From a bacterium (GTDB taxonomy: Bacteria > Zhuqueibacterota > Zhuqueibacteria > Residuimicrobiales > Krinioviventaceae): DNA of 64,000 nucleotides. The position numbers were made by a program, and so were the translations under genes. The notes under the pieces were generated by a model that worked only from the letters and a program-made list of their open reading frames with translations, ran no database searches and was not told where the DNA came from. Of this stretch, positions 29,015 to 38,243 are shown one piece after another (positions within the stretch are counted from its first letter, which is position 1; each line of letters opens with the position of its first letter). The stretch spans positions 288,001 to 352,000 of the forward strand of contig CAXXFV010000023.1 in NCBI GenBank assembly GCA_963674595.2, in the 5' to 3' direction.

Positions 29015-31510
29015 TCATAAAATCGAAATCGGATCAACATCCATAGAGATTGTGACCCGATGGATACGGTGCTTTTTTTTAAGATTATTTAAAGCCCTTT
29101 TTATTGCATTTTTCATCGATGTTCCCCCGGTATCGTTTTGTTTTAAACTCATAAACAAAATTTGCCAGCGATAATTCCCTTGAATTTTCGCTAAAGCAGC
29201 CGGTGCCGGACCCAGCATTCTGAACTGCCGTTTTACCGGAATTTCCTGTGCAAATTGTTCGGCTGTTTTTTTAACAGCGGCTTCATCTTCTCCGCGAAAC
29301 AGTATGTTAACGATGCGACTGAACGGGGGATAGCCTAATCCACGCCGGTCGCTTGTTTCCATTTTAAAAAAACTGTGATAGTCGTGGTATTTTGCAAATT
29401 GCAGACTGGGGTGTTCCGGGGTGTAGGTTTGGATAATTACATCACCCTGCTTGTTTTTTCGGCCTGCTCTGCCGGCTACCTGGGTCAACAGTTGAAAAGT
29501 ACGCTCACCGGCCCGAAAATCAGGAAATAATAATTCCGTATCAGCAGAAATAACACCTACCAGGGTTACATTTGGAAAATCCAGTCCTTTTGCTACCATT
29601 TGTGTGCCGAGCAAAATTGGATATTCACCACTGCCGAATTTTGATAATATTCGGTCGTGCGCCATACGTCCTTTGGTTGTATCCAGGTCCATACGTAGAA
29701 CTTTAACACCCGGAAACAGGGTATTTATTTCTTCTTCTATACGTTGTGTTCCGACACCTTTCATAAAAATATCCACACCACCGCATTCAGGGCACCTTTC
29801 AGGGGCACGAGTTGAAAAACCGCAATAATGACATTTTAACCGGCTGCCGTGTATATGAAAGGTTAAAGATATATCACAATTTTGGCATTTAGCCAGATAG
29901 TTACAGTCCTTGCATTTTATAAGAGTGGCAAACCCACGGCGATTTTGGAATAGAATAATTTGTTCTCCGTGGGCCAGTTTTTCATCAATTTTTTCCCGTA
30001 ACCTTTTTGAAAAAATAACCGGCTCTTTTCTGCCGATAATTTTCGGCTCTCTTTTCATGTTGACGATTTCTATGGCCGGCATGGGTATGTTATCAATTCG
30101 GTTCGGCATGGAAAGATGAGAATACTTGTTTATCGAAGCATTAAAAAATGTTTCGATGGAGGGTGTGGCAGAGCCCAACACCACAACAGCCTTATTCAAG
30201 TAGGCCCGAATTATTGATACATCTCTGGCGTTGTATTTCGGCGTCATGTCTGTTTGTTTGTAGGACGGTTCGTGCTCTTCGTCAATAATAACCAGTCCGA
30301 TATTTTTCAGGGGAGAAAAGATGGCGGAACGTGGCCCGATAACAATGTGGTGTTTCCCTTCCCAGGTTTGTCGCCAGGAATCGTATCGTTCTCCCGGTGA
30401 CATCCGACTATGAAAAACCGCCACTTTATCTCCAAAATGAGAACGAAAACGGTGCACCATCTGCGGCGTTAAAGCAATTTCCGGTACAAGCACAATGGCA
30501 TTTTTATTTTTAGCCATACAATGATAAATAGCTTCGATATATACCTGAGTTTTTCCACTACCGGTTACACCATGTAACAACATGGGAGAAAAATCGTTTG
30601 AATCAATTTTTTGTATGATCGCGGAAAGTACGGATGCCTGGTCTTTATTCAAATCAAAACGAATACCCTGTTCTATAGCGGTTTCTTTATAATAGTCCCT
30701 GACAACTTCTTTTGTGGTGAATTTGATGAATCCCTTTTGTTCAAGCGTGTTTAAAACAACTGTGTTTATCTCTGCCAGTCTGCAAAGTTCGGGACGGGAA
30801 AATTCCTGATTAGGCGAAGACGCAAGAACTTCCAGACAATTTGCCTGTTTGGGGGCACGCTTTCTGATGGAATCAGCCTCAGCATATAATGAGTCCGATG
30901 TATGATTATTGTGTACGGATACAAATATTTCATGTTTTATGGAGACTTTGGGTTTTGGTAATTCCAGCTCCATGCGAATATGTCCGGCTGATTTTAATTT
31001 TTTTAAACTTGCATAAATATTACCGGAGGACATTGTTTTTAAAAGTTTACTTTGCCGAATCGGATTTTCTGCTAAAAGTCTGCGGATAATTTCAGCCTGG
31101 CGGGGTGCCCGATTTTCCAAAGAGGAAATAAGATCATGTGGATGTCCGTCAACCAGGCGAATGATTTTTTCAGAATCCAAATGAATACCGGAGGGAAGCG
31201 CTGCTTTGAGGACCTCGCCCCAGCCGCAAATATAATATTCTGCAATCCACTTTGCCAGTTCCAGTACTTCCGGAGTGAAAAGCGGTATCGGATCAAGAAC
31301 GTCCTCGATTTCTTTGATCTCCGTTAAATCAGTTTCGTTTTTACGACTGACAATAAATCCTGTGGTTTTACGTCTGCCAAAAGAGGCTAAAACCCGAACC
31401 CCCGGAACAGCATCTTCATTAAATCTTTCCGGAATTTTGTATGTAAAAGCATGTTCTACGGGAACCGGAAAGACAATTTCAGCGTATGGTTGTATGATAT
31501 AATTTTCCAT
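29015..31510 (-). CDS. priA: Primosomal protein N'
   Basis: GVTGSGKT, VPEIALTPQ, DEEHE, NRRGF, four CxxC pairs, GTQMVAKGLDFP, QVAGRAGR. Confidence 0.95.
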   Translation of the reverse strand: MENYIIQPYAEIVFPVPVEHAFTYKIPERFNEDAVPGVRVLASFGRRKTTGFIVSRKNETDLTEIKEIEDVLDPIPLFTPEVLELAKWIAEYYICGWGEVLKAALPSGIHLDSEKIIRLVDGHPHDLISSLENRAPRQAEIIRRLLAENPIRQSKLLKTMSSGNIYASLKKLKSAGHIRMELELPKPKVSIKHEIFVSVHNNHTSDSLYAEADSIRKRAPKQANCLEVLASSPNQEFSRPELCRLAEINTVVLNTLEQKGFIKFTTKEVVRDYYKETAIEQGIRFDLNKDQASVLSAIIQKIDSNDFSPMLLHGVTGSGKTQVYIEAIYHCMAKNKNAIVLVPEIALTPQMVHRFRSHFGDKVAVFHSRMSPGERYDSWRQTWEGKHHIVIGPRSAIFSPLKNIGLVIIDEEHEPSYKQTDMTPKYNARDVSIIRAYLNKAVVVLGSATPSIETFFNASINKYSHLSMPNRIDNIPMPAIEIVNMKREPKIIGRKEPVIFSKRLREKIDEKLAHGEQIILFQNRRGFATLIKCKDCNYLAKCQNCDISLTFHIHGSRLKCHYCGFSTRAPERCPECGGVDIFMKGVGTQRIEEEINTLFPGVKVLRMDLDTTKGRMAHDRILSKFGSGEYPILLGTQMVAKGLDFPNVTLVGVISADTELLFPDFRAGERTFQLLTQVAGRAGRKNKQGDVIIQTYTPEHPSLQFAKYHDYHSFFKMETSDRRGLGYPPFSRIVNILFRGEDEAAVKKTAEQFAQEIPVKRQFRMLGPAPAALAKIQGNYRWQILFMSLKQNDTGGTSMKNAIKRALNNLKKKHRIHRVTISMDVDPISIL

Positions 31511-31662
31511 TGGAAAAAATAACAAAATATAAATCGAGTTGCAATTAAAAAGAAACATGCTTAAAGAATGTTACTTTTTTAAGGTGTGTTGTAAAGTGTT
31601 TTGAATTATTAATTGAAATTATTACATTTTGTAAATTTGTCAGTTTGTAAGAGGAGGAAAAC

Positions 31663-32319
31663 ATGAGGTCTTTAACAGTTGTTTTGGTAGTATCATTAAT
31701 GTCATTTATTATCGGTTGTAGTAAAACTGAAAATGTTCCGTTGACAAAACCGCAGATTAAAGAACTTTTATTTAATGTTCAGCAAATGCCGCTTGAGCCG
31801 GTTGAAAAAAACGAAGTGGCTGTATTGGAAACAAATTACGGAAAAATGGTATTGTCCTTTTTCCCGGATATTGCACCGGAACATTGTAAAGCTTTTAAAA
31901 GATTAGTTAAAGCCGGATATTATGATGGCATTAAATTTCATCGTATCGTTAAAGATTTTATGATTCAGGGTGGAGATATTTTGTCACGTGATGCCGATCC
32001 TAATAATGATGGTTATGGCAGCCCCGGTTATACATTACCTGCCGAGTTTAGTGATATTCCTCATGACAAGGGAATTCTTTCCATGGCCCGTCGTGGTGGT
32101 GATGACAATAGCGCCGGTAGTCAGTTTTTTATATGTCTTTCCAGAAAGGGATGTATGGCTCTTGACGGAAAGTATACGGTATTCGGCAAAGTTGTTGATG
32201 GGATTGATGTACTTGAAAAAATCGGCGATCTTGAAACAACAAAACGTCCTAACAGTACTGAAAAATCGATGCCGGTTGAGCCGGTTGTCATTAAAAAAGC
32301 CTATATGAAAATTCAATAA
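31663..32319 (+). CDS. Cyclophilin-type PPIase lipoprotein
   Basis: Lipobox IIGC; FHRIVKDFMIQGGD, SMAR, SAGSQFFI, YTVFGKV. Confidence 0.92.
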   Translation: MRSLTVVLVVSLMSFIIGCSKTENVPLTKPQIKELLFNVQQMPLEPVEKNEVAVLETNYGKMVLSFFPDIAPEHCKAFKRLVKAGYYDGIKFHRIVKDFMIQGGDILSRDADPNNDGYGSPGYTLPAEFSDIPHDKGILSMARRGGDDNSAGSQFFICLSRKGCMALDGKYTVFGKVVDGIDVLEKIGDLETTKRPNSTEKSMPVEPVVIKKAYMKIQ

Positions 32320-32331
32320 GATTAATCTGTT

Positions 32332-34041
32332 TTGAAACCGTGCGGGCTGAAAATTCTTTTTATTTTATATTCATGTTTGTTTTTTTATACGTATCTTTTT
32401 GCAGAAAATTCAAATCATGATAAATATTGGATTTATTTTAAGAATAAGGGCCCCACAAATTATATTGAAAAAAGTTTAAAAAAAGCCGGGCACTATTTAT
32501 CTGAAAAATCTGTTGCCCGGCGAATAAAACATCAGATTGCTGCTGTTGATTATGCCGACCTGCCCGTATGGTCTGAATATATACAACAGCTTGACTCGCT
32601 TGGTGTCCGTATTGTCCATTCATCAAAATGGTTGAATGCCGTCAGTGTCATCGCTGATCAAAGTTTGGTGGAACAGATTTCAATCCTGCCGTTTGTGACA
32701 CATATTGATAAAGTCGCTTCTGCCTGTCGAAATCGTTCCCCGGAATCTCTTGAAAAAAAGTCGTCGTTCAACGCAGACTATTATGATTATGGCTTTTCCC
32801 TGCAGCAGAACGATATCATTGGCCTCCCCTCGGTTCATCAAACCGGAAATACCGGTGAAAATGTTCTTATCGCCATATTTGATACCGGGTTTAATGTAAA
32901 CCACGAGGTTTTTGCTTCAACCAAAATTTTATCGACCTGGGATTTTATTAATGGTGATTCTGTTGTGAGTAATGAATCGGATCAGGATATGGCACGGCAA
33001 CATAGGCATGGCACAGAAGTTTTATCTGTTGTTGGCGGATATGCTCCCGGGAATTTGATCGGTTCTGCTTTTAATGCTGAATTTTTATTAGCCAAAACAG
33101 AAATCGAAGACCAGGAAATACCTGTAGAAGAAGACCATTGGATTGCAGCGGCTGAATGGGCAGACAGTATTGGTGCCGATATTATAAGTTCCAGCGTGGG
33201 TTATCTGGACTGGTATAGTTATGAAGACATGGACGGCAATACGGCGCCGATTACCATCGCGGCTGATATGGCAGTTAAAAAAGGCATTGTTGTTGTGGTG
33301 GCGGCTGGTAACGAGGCGAATCTGCCGTGGCATTATATAACAGCCCCGGCCGATGGCGACAGTGTCATAACAGTCGGATCGGTCCTTTCAAACGGTATCC
33401 TTGCAGGCTCAAGTTCGCGGGGTCCGACTTTTGACAATAGAATTAAACCCGAAGTGGTTGCAATGGGTGCGGCTGTTTATACAGCAAAAGCCTCGGCGGC
33501 GGATCAGTATGGAGATCAATACCAATATTCTTCAGGTACATCTTTTGCGTGTCCTATTGTTGCCGGGGTCGCCGCTCTGATATTGTCTAAACATCCTGAA
33601 TTAACAGCTATGCAGGTTCGGGAGGCATTAATAAAAACCGCAAGTCGTTCCAGTCAGCCGGATAATTCCTATGGTTATGGTTTGGTTGATGCGCCGGCGG
33701 CTGTAAACTATTGGGATGATGAAAATACTGATCCTGAGATGAATCAGTTTGTTGCTGTTTATCCAAATCCCTTTATAATAAATGAAACAAATCAGGTTTA
33801 TTTTAGTCTCAATTTAAAGGCAAGTACATTTATTGAAGCAGATATATTCAATATTCGCGGACAAAAAGTAACAACCATCTGGAACGGATTTTTATCCAAA
33901 GGAAATTTAAGAAAAATATCTTGGAGTGCCCGAAATGCCCAGGGAGACTGTGTAAAAAGTGGCATATACTTTTGTCGAATTAAAATGGATAACCGTAATT
34001 TGTATATAAAGTTTACCGTAATTACAGGAAAAAACAGATGA
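32332..34041 (+). CDS. Secreted S8 subtilisin-like protease with FlgD/T9SS-like CTD
   Basis: DTG, HGT, AAGN, GTSFACP; C-terminal YPNPF..IFNIRGQKV..W..SGIYF. Confidence 0.9.
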   Translation: MKPCGLKILFILYSCLFFYTYLFAENSNHDKYWIYFKNKGPTNYIEKSLKKAGHYLSEKSVARRIKHQIAAVDYADLPVWSEYIQQLDSLGVRIVHSSKWLNAVSVIADQSLVEQISILPFVTHIDKVASACRNRSPESLEKKSSFNADYYDYGFSLQQNDIIGLPSVHQTGNTGENVLIAIFDTGFNVNHEVFASTKILSTWDFINGDSVVSNESDQDMARQHRHGTEVLSVVGGYAPGNLIGSAFNAEFLLAKTEIEDQEIPVEEDHWIAAAEWADSIGADIISSSVGYLDWYSYEDMDGNTAPITIAADMAVKKGIVVVVAAGNEANLPWHYITAPADGDSVITVGSVLSNGILAGSSSRGPTFDNRIKPEVVAMGAAVYTAKASAADQYGDQYQYSSGTSFACPIVAGVAALILSKHPELTAMQVREALIKTASRSSQPDNSYGYGLVDAPAAVNYWDDENTDPEMNQFVAVYPNPFIINETNQVYFSLNLKASTFIEADIFNIRGQKVTTIWNGFLSKGNLRKISWSARNAQGDCVKSGIYFCRIKMDNRNLYIKFTVITGKNR

Positions 34042-34892
34042 TCGAACCTGTTGTTCTGGCGCTTGGCGGCGGAGGAGCAAGGGGATTTGCTCATATTGGC
34101 GTACTTCGTGTGCTGGAGCGTGAAAAAATACCTGTTAAGGCCATAGTCGGCACAAGCATGGGTGCTATGATTGGTGCAATGTATGCTCACACACCGAGCG
34201 CTGATTTTGTGGAAAATAAAGTCAGGGCAATGTTAAATAATAAAAGATTTACATCTAATATTTTGGAACATGTTGAAAAAAATTCGGTACGCCGTGGATG
34301 GTTTGATCCGATAGAATCTGAAAACGGTGAATTGGTAATAAAAATTAAAAAGAATAAAATATCCGAACTCTCCGGGGATAAAATTTTTGACATGCTTGAT
34401 TTGTTGCTGCCGGACCATAATTTTGAATCAAATAAAATTCCTTTTGCAACTGTAGCTTCTGATATTATGACCGGTGAAGAGGTTATCTTTCAACAAGGCT
34501 CTGTTAAAAAGGCCGTAGCTGCCAGCGCTTCCTTGCCCGGCATTTTACCACCGTTTGTTATAAACAACCATACTCTTGTTGATGGTGCCGCCACTTCACC
34601 TGTTCCTGTAATAGCTGCCCAGACTCTTTATAATGAAAAAATTGTCGCAGTTGATGTTTCGTCAAGTTTATATAAAAATCCGAGGCTGGATAATATTTTA
34701 AGTATTATTATTCGGAATTTTTATTTAACTGTCAGAAAGCACCACGATGAATTAGTCAAAAGGGCGGATATTCTTATTCAGCCGGATGTCGGTACCTATC
34801 ATTGGTCTGATTTTGAAAAAATTGATTTTTTTATTAAATCAGGGGAAGATGCTGCCATACTGAAAATAAACGAAATCATTCAAGTTAAATAG
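34038..34892 (+). CDS. Patatin-like phospholipase
   Basis: LGGGGARG, GTSMG, DGA. Confidence 0.9.
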   Translation: MIEPVVLALGGGGARGFAHIGVLRVLEREKIPVKAIVGTSMGAMIGAMYAHTPSADFVENKVRAMLNNKRFTSNILEHVEKNSVRRGWFDPIESENGELVIKIKKNKISELSGDKIFDMLDLLLPDHNFESNKIPFATVASDIMTGEEVIFQQGSVKKAVAASASLPGILPPFVINNHTLVDGAATSPVPVIAAQTLYNEKIVAVDVSSSLYKNPRLDNILSIIIRNFYLTVRKHHDELVKRADILIQPDVGTYHWSDFEKIDFFIKSGEDAAILKINEIIQVK

Positions 34893-35014
34893 ATATATAT
34901 TTTTATACGAATAAAATCTTGGAATTTTTATTTTATTTGTATAGCTTTCTTTATTGTAAATGAATTAATCGTATTTTTAATGCCTGCTTTTATTTAATTG
35001 GTTTAGTTGGATAA

Positions 35015-36499
35015 ATGAAAGAATATTTGAATAACCGAAATGTAACTCTTTTCTTTATTGCCATTCTATTGGTTTCATCCTTTTTGATCCCGGTGACCAA
35101 TACAATTTCTCTTGATGAGGCAGATTATATTGCCTCTGCTGACAAGGGATTTGTTGCAAACTATTTTGATTTAGATGGCACCCGGGATTTACGTCACTTT
35201 CACGGACCAATGGTTTCATACCTTATTCAACTGGGCTTTATGTTTGGTGAAAGAGAAATGTATGTATTACATACATTGAACAAGATAATAGGACTGCTTT
35301 CAATATTTTTTGTTTTTCTCGCCTGTCTGTCCCTGTTCGGTAAAGATGGAAAATGGATCGGTTTGGTGAGTGGTTTTTTGTTACTGACCATGCCTGTATA
35401 TATTCATACTCATATCAGTGACTCTGCTACAATGCACCCCATAACAAATTTGTTCAGTACACTTTGTTTCCTTTTTTTATCGTTGGCTGTCATTCGTAAG
35501 GAAAAATTATATCTGTACGCTTTTAGCGCCGCCCTGGGACTGATGTTTGTTTCTATGGAATATGGTTTTATTTTTTTGTGTATAGCCGGTCTTACGCTTT
35601 TTATTGTCCCAAATCCATTTTTTAGTCTCTCATTCAAATCGATTAAAATTTCAAAATCATTGTGGATATCTGCGCTGCTTTTAATAGCTGTTATTGCTGT
35701 TTTTTGGAATGCCGGAATATTTAAATTGAATCTTTTAAAAAATTTTGTTTATTATTTGAGATATGGTGCGCACGGTCACCCGATATATTTTCGCGGGGAA
35801 TTAACATATCATGCGCCCTGGTGGGCATTTATTTACTGGTATTGGAAAATAAATGCAATTTTTCTTGTCTTTTCCATTATTAATCTGGTCGGGTTTATTT
35901 TCCTGATAATTCAAAAAAAGTTTCCAAAAGAATATGCAATATTGGGAGTTTTTTTCGTTGTTTTGGTTGCTGCTTTATTTCGACAGCATATTATGTCGCC
36001 ACGATATAGTTTGTATATATTGCCTTATCTTTGTCTGATAAATGGTATTGTATTCGTATATTGGATGAAAAGAGTGCCAAAATATCTGAAATTAGTTTTT
36101 GGAATTATTTTTACGGCTGTTCTTCTTTACGGTCCTTTAAATTATACTCCTTTTGCCGGGGATTATGAACCCTTTAAAGATGTGGCCCAATATATTCAAA
36201 AACATACTGAAAAAGATGATAAAATATTATCAGATTATAGTTCTGTTTTAAAATTTTATTTACATGACTTTGATAATATTTTTAACTATAAAACAGGATA
36301 TGCTGATTCTTTATTAGTTAAAGATATTCAAAATTACAAATACCGGTTTGTCGTTCTTACCGTAAACCGGTTGAGACGTTGGCCTGACGATGCTGCAATA
36401 TTATTTATTCGTCAGAATTATCGTAATAATTTTACAGTTTATTATAATGACGAACCAAGAATTTTTATTTACGAGTCTGAAAATAACAATCAAGATTGA
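35015..36499 (+). CDS. GT-C (ArnT/PMT-like) membrane glycosyltransferase
   Basis: DEADY in first loop, many TM helices, PRY motif, next to a DPM-synthase-like GT2. Confidence 0.65.
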   Translation: MKEYLNNRNVTLFFIAILLVSSFLIPVTNTISLDEADYIASADKGFVANYFDLDGTRDLRHFHGPMVSYLIQLGFMFGEREMYVLHTLNKIIGLLSIFFVFLACLSLFGKDGKWIGLVSGFLLLTMPVYIHTHISDSATMHPITNLFSTLCFLFLSLAVIRKEKLYLYAFSAALGLMFVSMEYGFIFLCIAGLTLFIVPNPFFSLSFKSIKISKSLWISALLLIAVIAVFWNAGIFKLNLLKNFVYYLRYGAHGHPIYFRGELTYHAPWWAFIYWYWKINAIFLVFSIINLVGFIFLIIQKKFPKEYAILGVFFVVLVAALFRQHIMSPRYSLYILPYLCLINGIVFVYWMKRVPKYLKLVFGIIFTAVLLYGPLNYTPFAGDYEPFKDVAQYIQKHTEKDDKILSDYSSVLKFYLHDFDNIFNYKTGYADSLLVKDIQNYKYRFVVLTVNRLRRWPDDAAILFIRQNYRNNFTVYYNDEPRIFIYESENNNQD

Positions 36500-36517
36500 T
36501 GTCTTAAAAGTGGAGAT

Positions 36518-37351
36518 ATGCCGGAGAATATGGAAACAAATCTAGATTTAAATTATGAAATAAATAAATATAGTCTAAACTCTTTTTTCTATGATAAAGC
36601 ACTTGTTGAACTGGTAAACAAGAATTTATTTTCCATTGTTATACCTGTTTTTAATGAAGAAAAAACAATTTTGGAATTGTTGGAACGTGTTCAAAATATC
36701 AGTATCCCTAAAGAAATTATAATCATTGATGATTTTTCATCCGATGGTACCCGTCCTGTTCTTGAAAAATATTGTTCAGAGCATGATAATGTAAAACTTT
36801 ATTTACATGAATATAATCAAGGCAAGGGGGCCGCACTTCGAACCGGCTTTGAAAAAGTAACGGGCGATGTTGTTATCATACAAGATGCAGACCTGGAATA
36901 TCATCCCGGTGAATATTATCGGTTGATATATCCTATTTTAATCGGCGAGGCTGATGTAGTTTATGGTTCCCGATTTTTGGGAGAGGCCCATCGTGTATTG
37001 TTTTTTTGGCATTATGTGGCAAATAAAATGCTGACGACTTTTTCCAATATGATGACAAATCTTAATTTAACTGACATGGAAACCTGTTATAAGGTTTTTC
37101 GCAGACAGGTATTGGAAAATTTTGTCATTAAATCCAACCGGTTTGGATTTGAGCCGGAATTTACAGCCAAAATTGCAAAACGTAAATGGCGCATCTTTGA
37201 AATGGGTATTAATTATTACGGTCGGGATTATAGCCAGGGTAAAAAAATCGGCTGGAAAGATGCTGTAAGCGCTTTTTTTTCAGATTGTAAGGTTTCGTTT
37301 TTTCGACTAATAAAATCAAATACTTGTGTTTCTAAAATAAAATTTGAATAA
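36518..37351 (+). CDS. GT2 polyprenol-phosphate glycosyltransferase (DPM1-like); probable C-terminal frameshift
   Basis: [44 protein letters not shown]. Confidence 0.88.
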   Translation: MPENMETNLDLNYEINKYSLNSFFYDKALVELVNKNLFSIVIPVFNEEKTILELLERVQNISIPKEIIIIDDFSSDGTRPVLEKYCSEHDNVKLYLHEYNQGKGAALRTGFEKVTGDVVIIQDADLEYHPGEYYRLIYPILIGEADVVYGSRFLGEAHRVLFFWHYVANKMLTTFSNMMTNLNLTDMETCYKVFRRQVLENFVIKSNRFGFEPEFTAKIAKRKWRIFEMGINYYGRDYSQGKKIGWKDAVSAFFSDCKVSFFRLIKSNTCVSKIKFE

Positions 37352-37357
37352 AATAAC

Positions 37358-37386
37358 TTGCAAAATTTCTGCAATATCTCTATATT
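37358..37386 (+). promoter_or_regulatory. Putative sigma70 promoter of B12 operon
   Basis: TTGCAA-17 nt-TATATT about 20 nt before the riboswitch. Confidence 0.6.
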
Positions 37387-37406
37387 TAGCCAGTAAAATT
37401 TTATAA

Positions 37407-37571
37407 CTTTTGGTCCCTCGTCAGGGATAATAGGGAAGACGGTGCAAGTCCGTCGCAGCCCCGCTACTGTAATGAGCTACGAAAGTCGCACTTGTTAAGA
37501 CAAGCCACTGGAGTTTACCGGGAAGGCGCGATTGTAGGTTTGATGCTCAAAGCCAGGAGACCTGCCAAAAG
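37407..37571 (+). ncRNA. Cobalamin riboswitch
   Basis: P1 CTTTTGGT/GCCAAAAG; AATAGGGAA..CGGTGCAAGTCCG, CCCGCTACTGTAA, GCCACTG..GGGAAGG, B12 box AGCCAGGAGACCTGCC; upstream of cobO and btuB-like. Confidence 0.93.
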
Positions 37572-37630
37572 CAATTTTGTTAAGCAACCTTCGCGGGTGA
37601 GGTAGGCTTTGTCTCTTTTATGCAAATCCC

Positions 37631-37662
37631 CCCAACTTGTCGTGACTGGTTGGGTTTTTTTA
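37631..37662 (+). terminator. Riboswitch attenuator terminator
   Basis: CCCAACT...GGTTGGG stem followed by T7. Confidence 0.7.
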
Positions 37663-37708
37663 TGCCCTCCCCCTCCGCGTATAATCTTTATTTTATTATT
37701 AAAAATTT

Positions 37709-38242
37709 ATGCAATCTCAAAATTACTCCGGATACATTCATATCTATACCGGTAATGGTAAAGGTAAAACCACCGCTGCCTTGGGTTTGGCCCTGCGAGC
37801 TGCTGGTGCCGGCATGAGGATATATATTGGTCAATTCCTCAAGGGACAGTCCTATGCTGAACTGGAAGGCGTTAAAATGTTCGGCACACAACTGTGCATA
37901 GAACAATTTGGACAAACCTCTTTTTATAAATTGGGTAATGGTGATTTAAACGCAAAATCCTGTGCTCAAAAGGGTTTTCAACGTGTACAAAAAATCATTC
38001 AAAACAATGAATATGATATTGTCATTCTCGACGAAATCAATGTAGCCGTTTCTCTGGATTTAATCCGGCAGGACCAGGTGTTGGATTTGATGAATTTAAA
38101 ACCGGCCATGATGGAACTGATTATGACCGGACGAGGTGCCAGTCAGGCAATTATAGAGCAGGCTGATTTGGTCACTGAAATGAGGGATGTAAAACACTAT
38201 TATCATCAAGGTGTTATGGCGCGCAAAGGAATTGAACATTAA
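37709..38242 (+). CDS. cobO: Cob(I)alamin adenosyltransferase (CobO/BtuR)
   Basis: IHIYTGNGKGKTTAALG, QFLKG, ILDEI, TGR, ADLVTEM..KHYY..G..ARKGIE. Confidence 0.93.
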   Translation: MQSQNYSGYIHIYTGNGKGKTTAALGLALRAAGAGMRIYIGQFLKGQSYAELEGVKMFGTQLCIEQFGQTSFYKLGNGDLNAKSCAQKGFQRVQKIIQNNEYDIVILDEINVAVSLDLIRQDQVLDLMNLKPAMMELIMTGRGASQAIIEQADLVTEMRDVKHYYHQGVMARKGIEH

Positions 38243-38243
38243 A

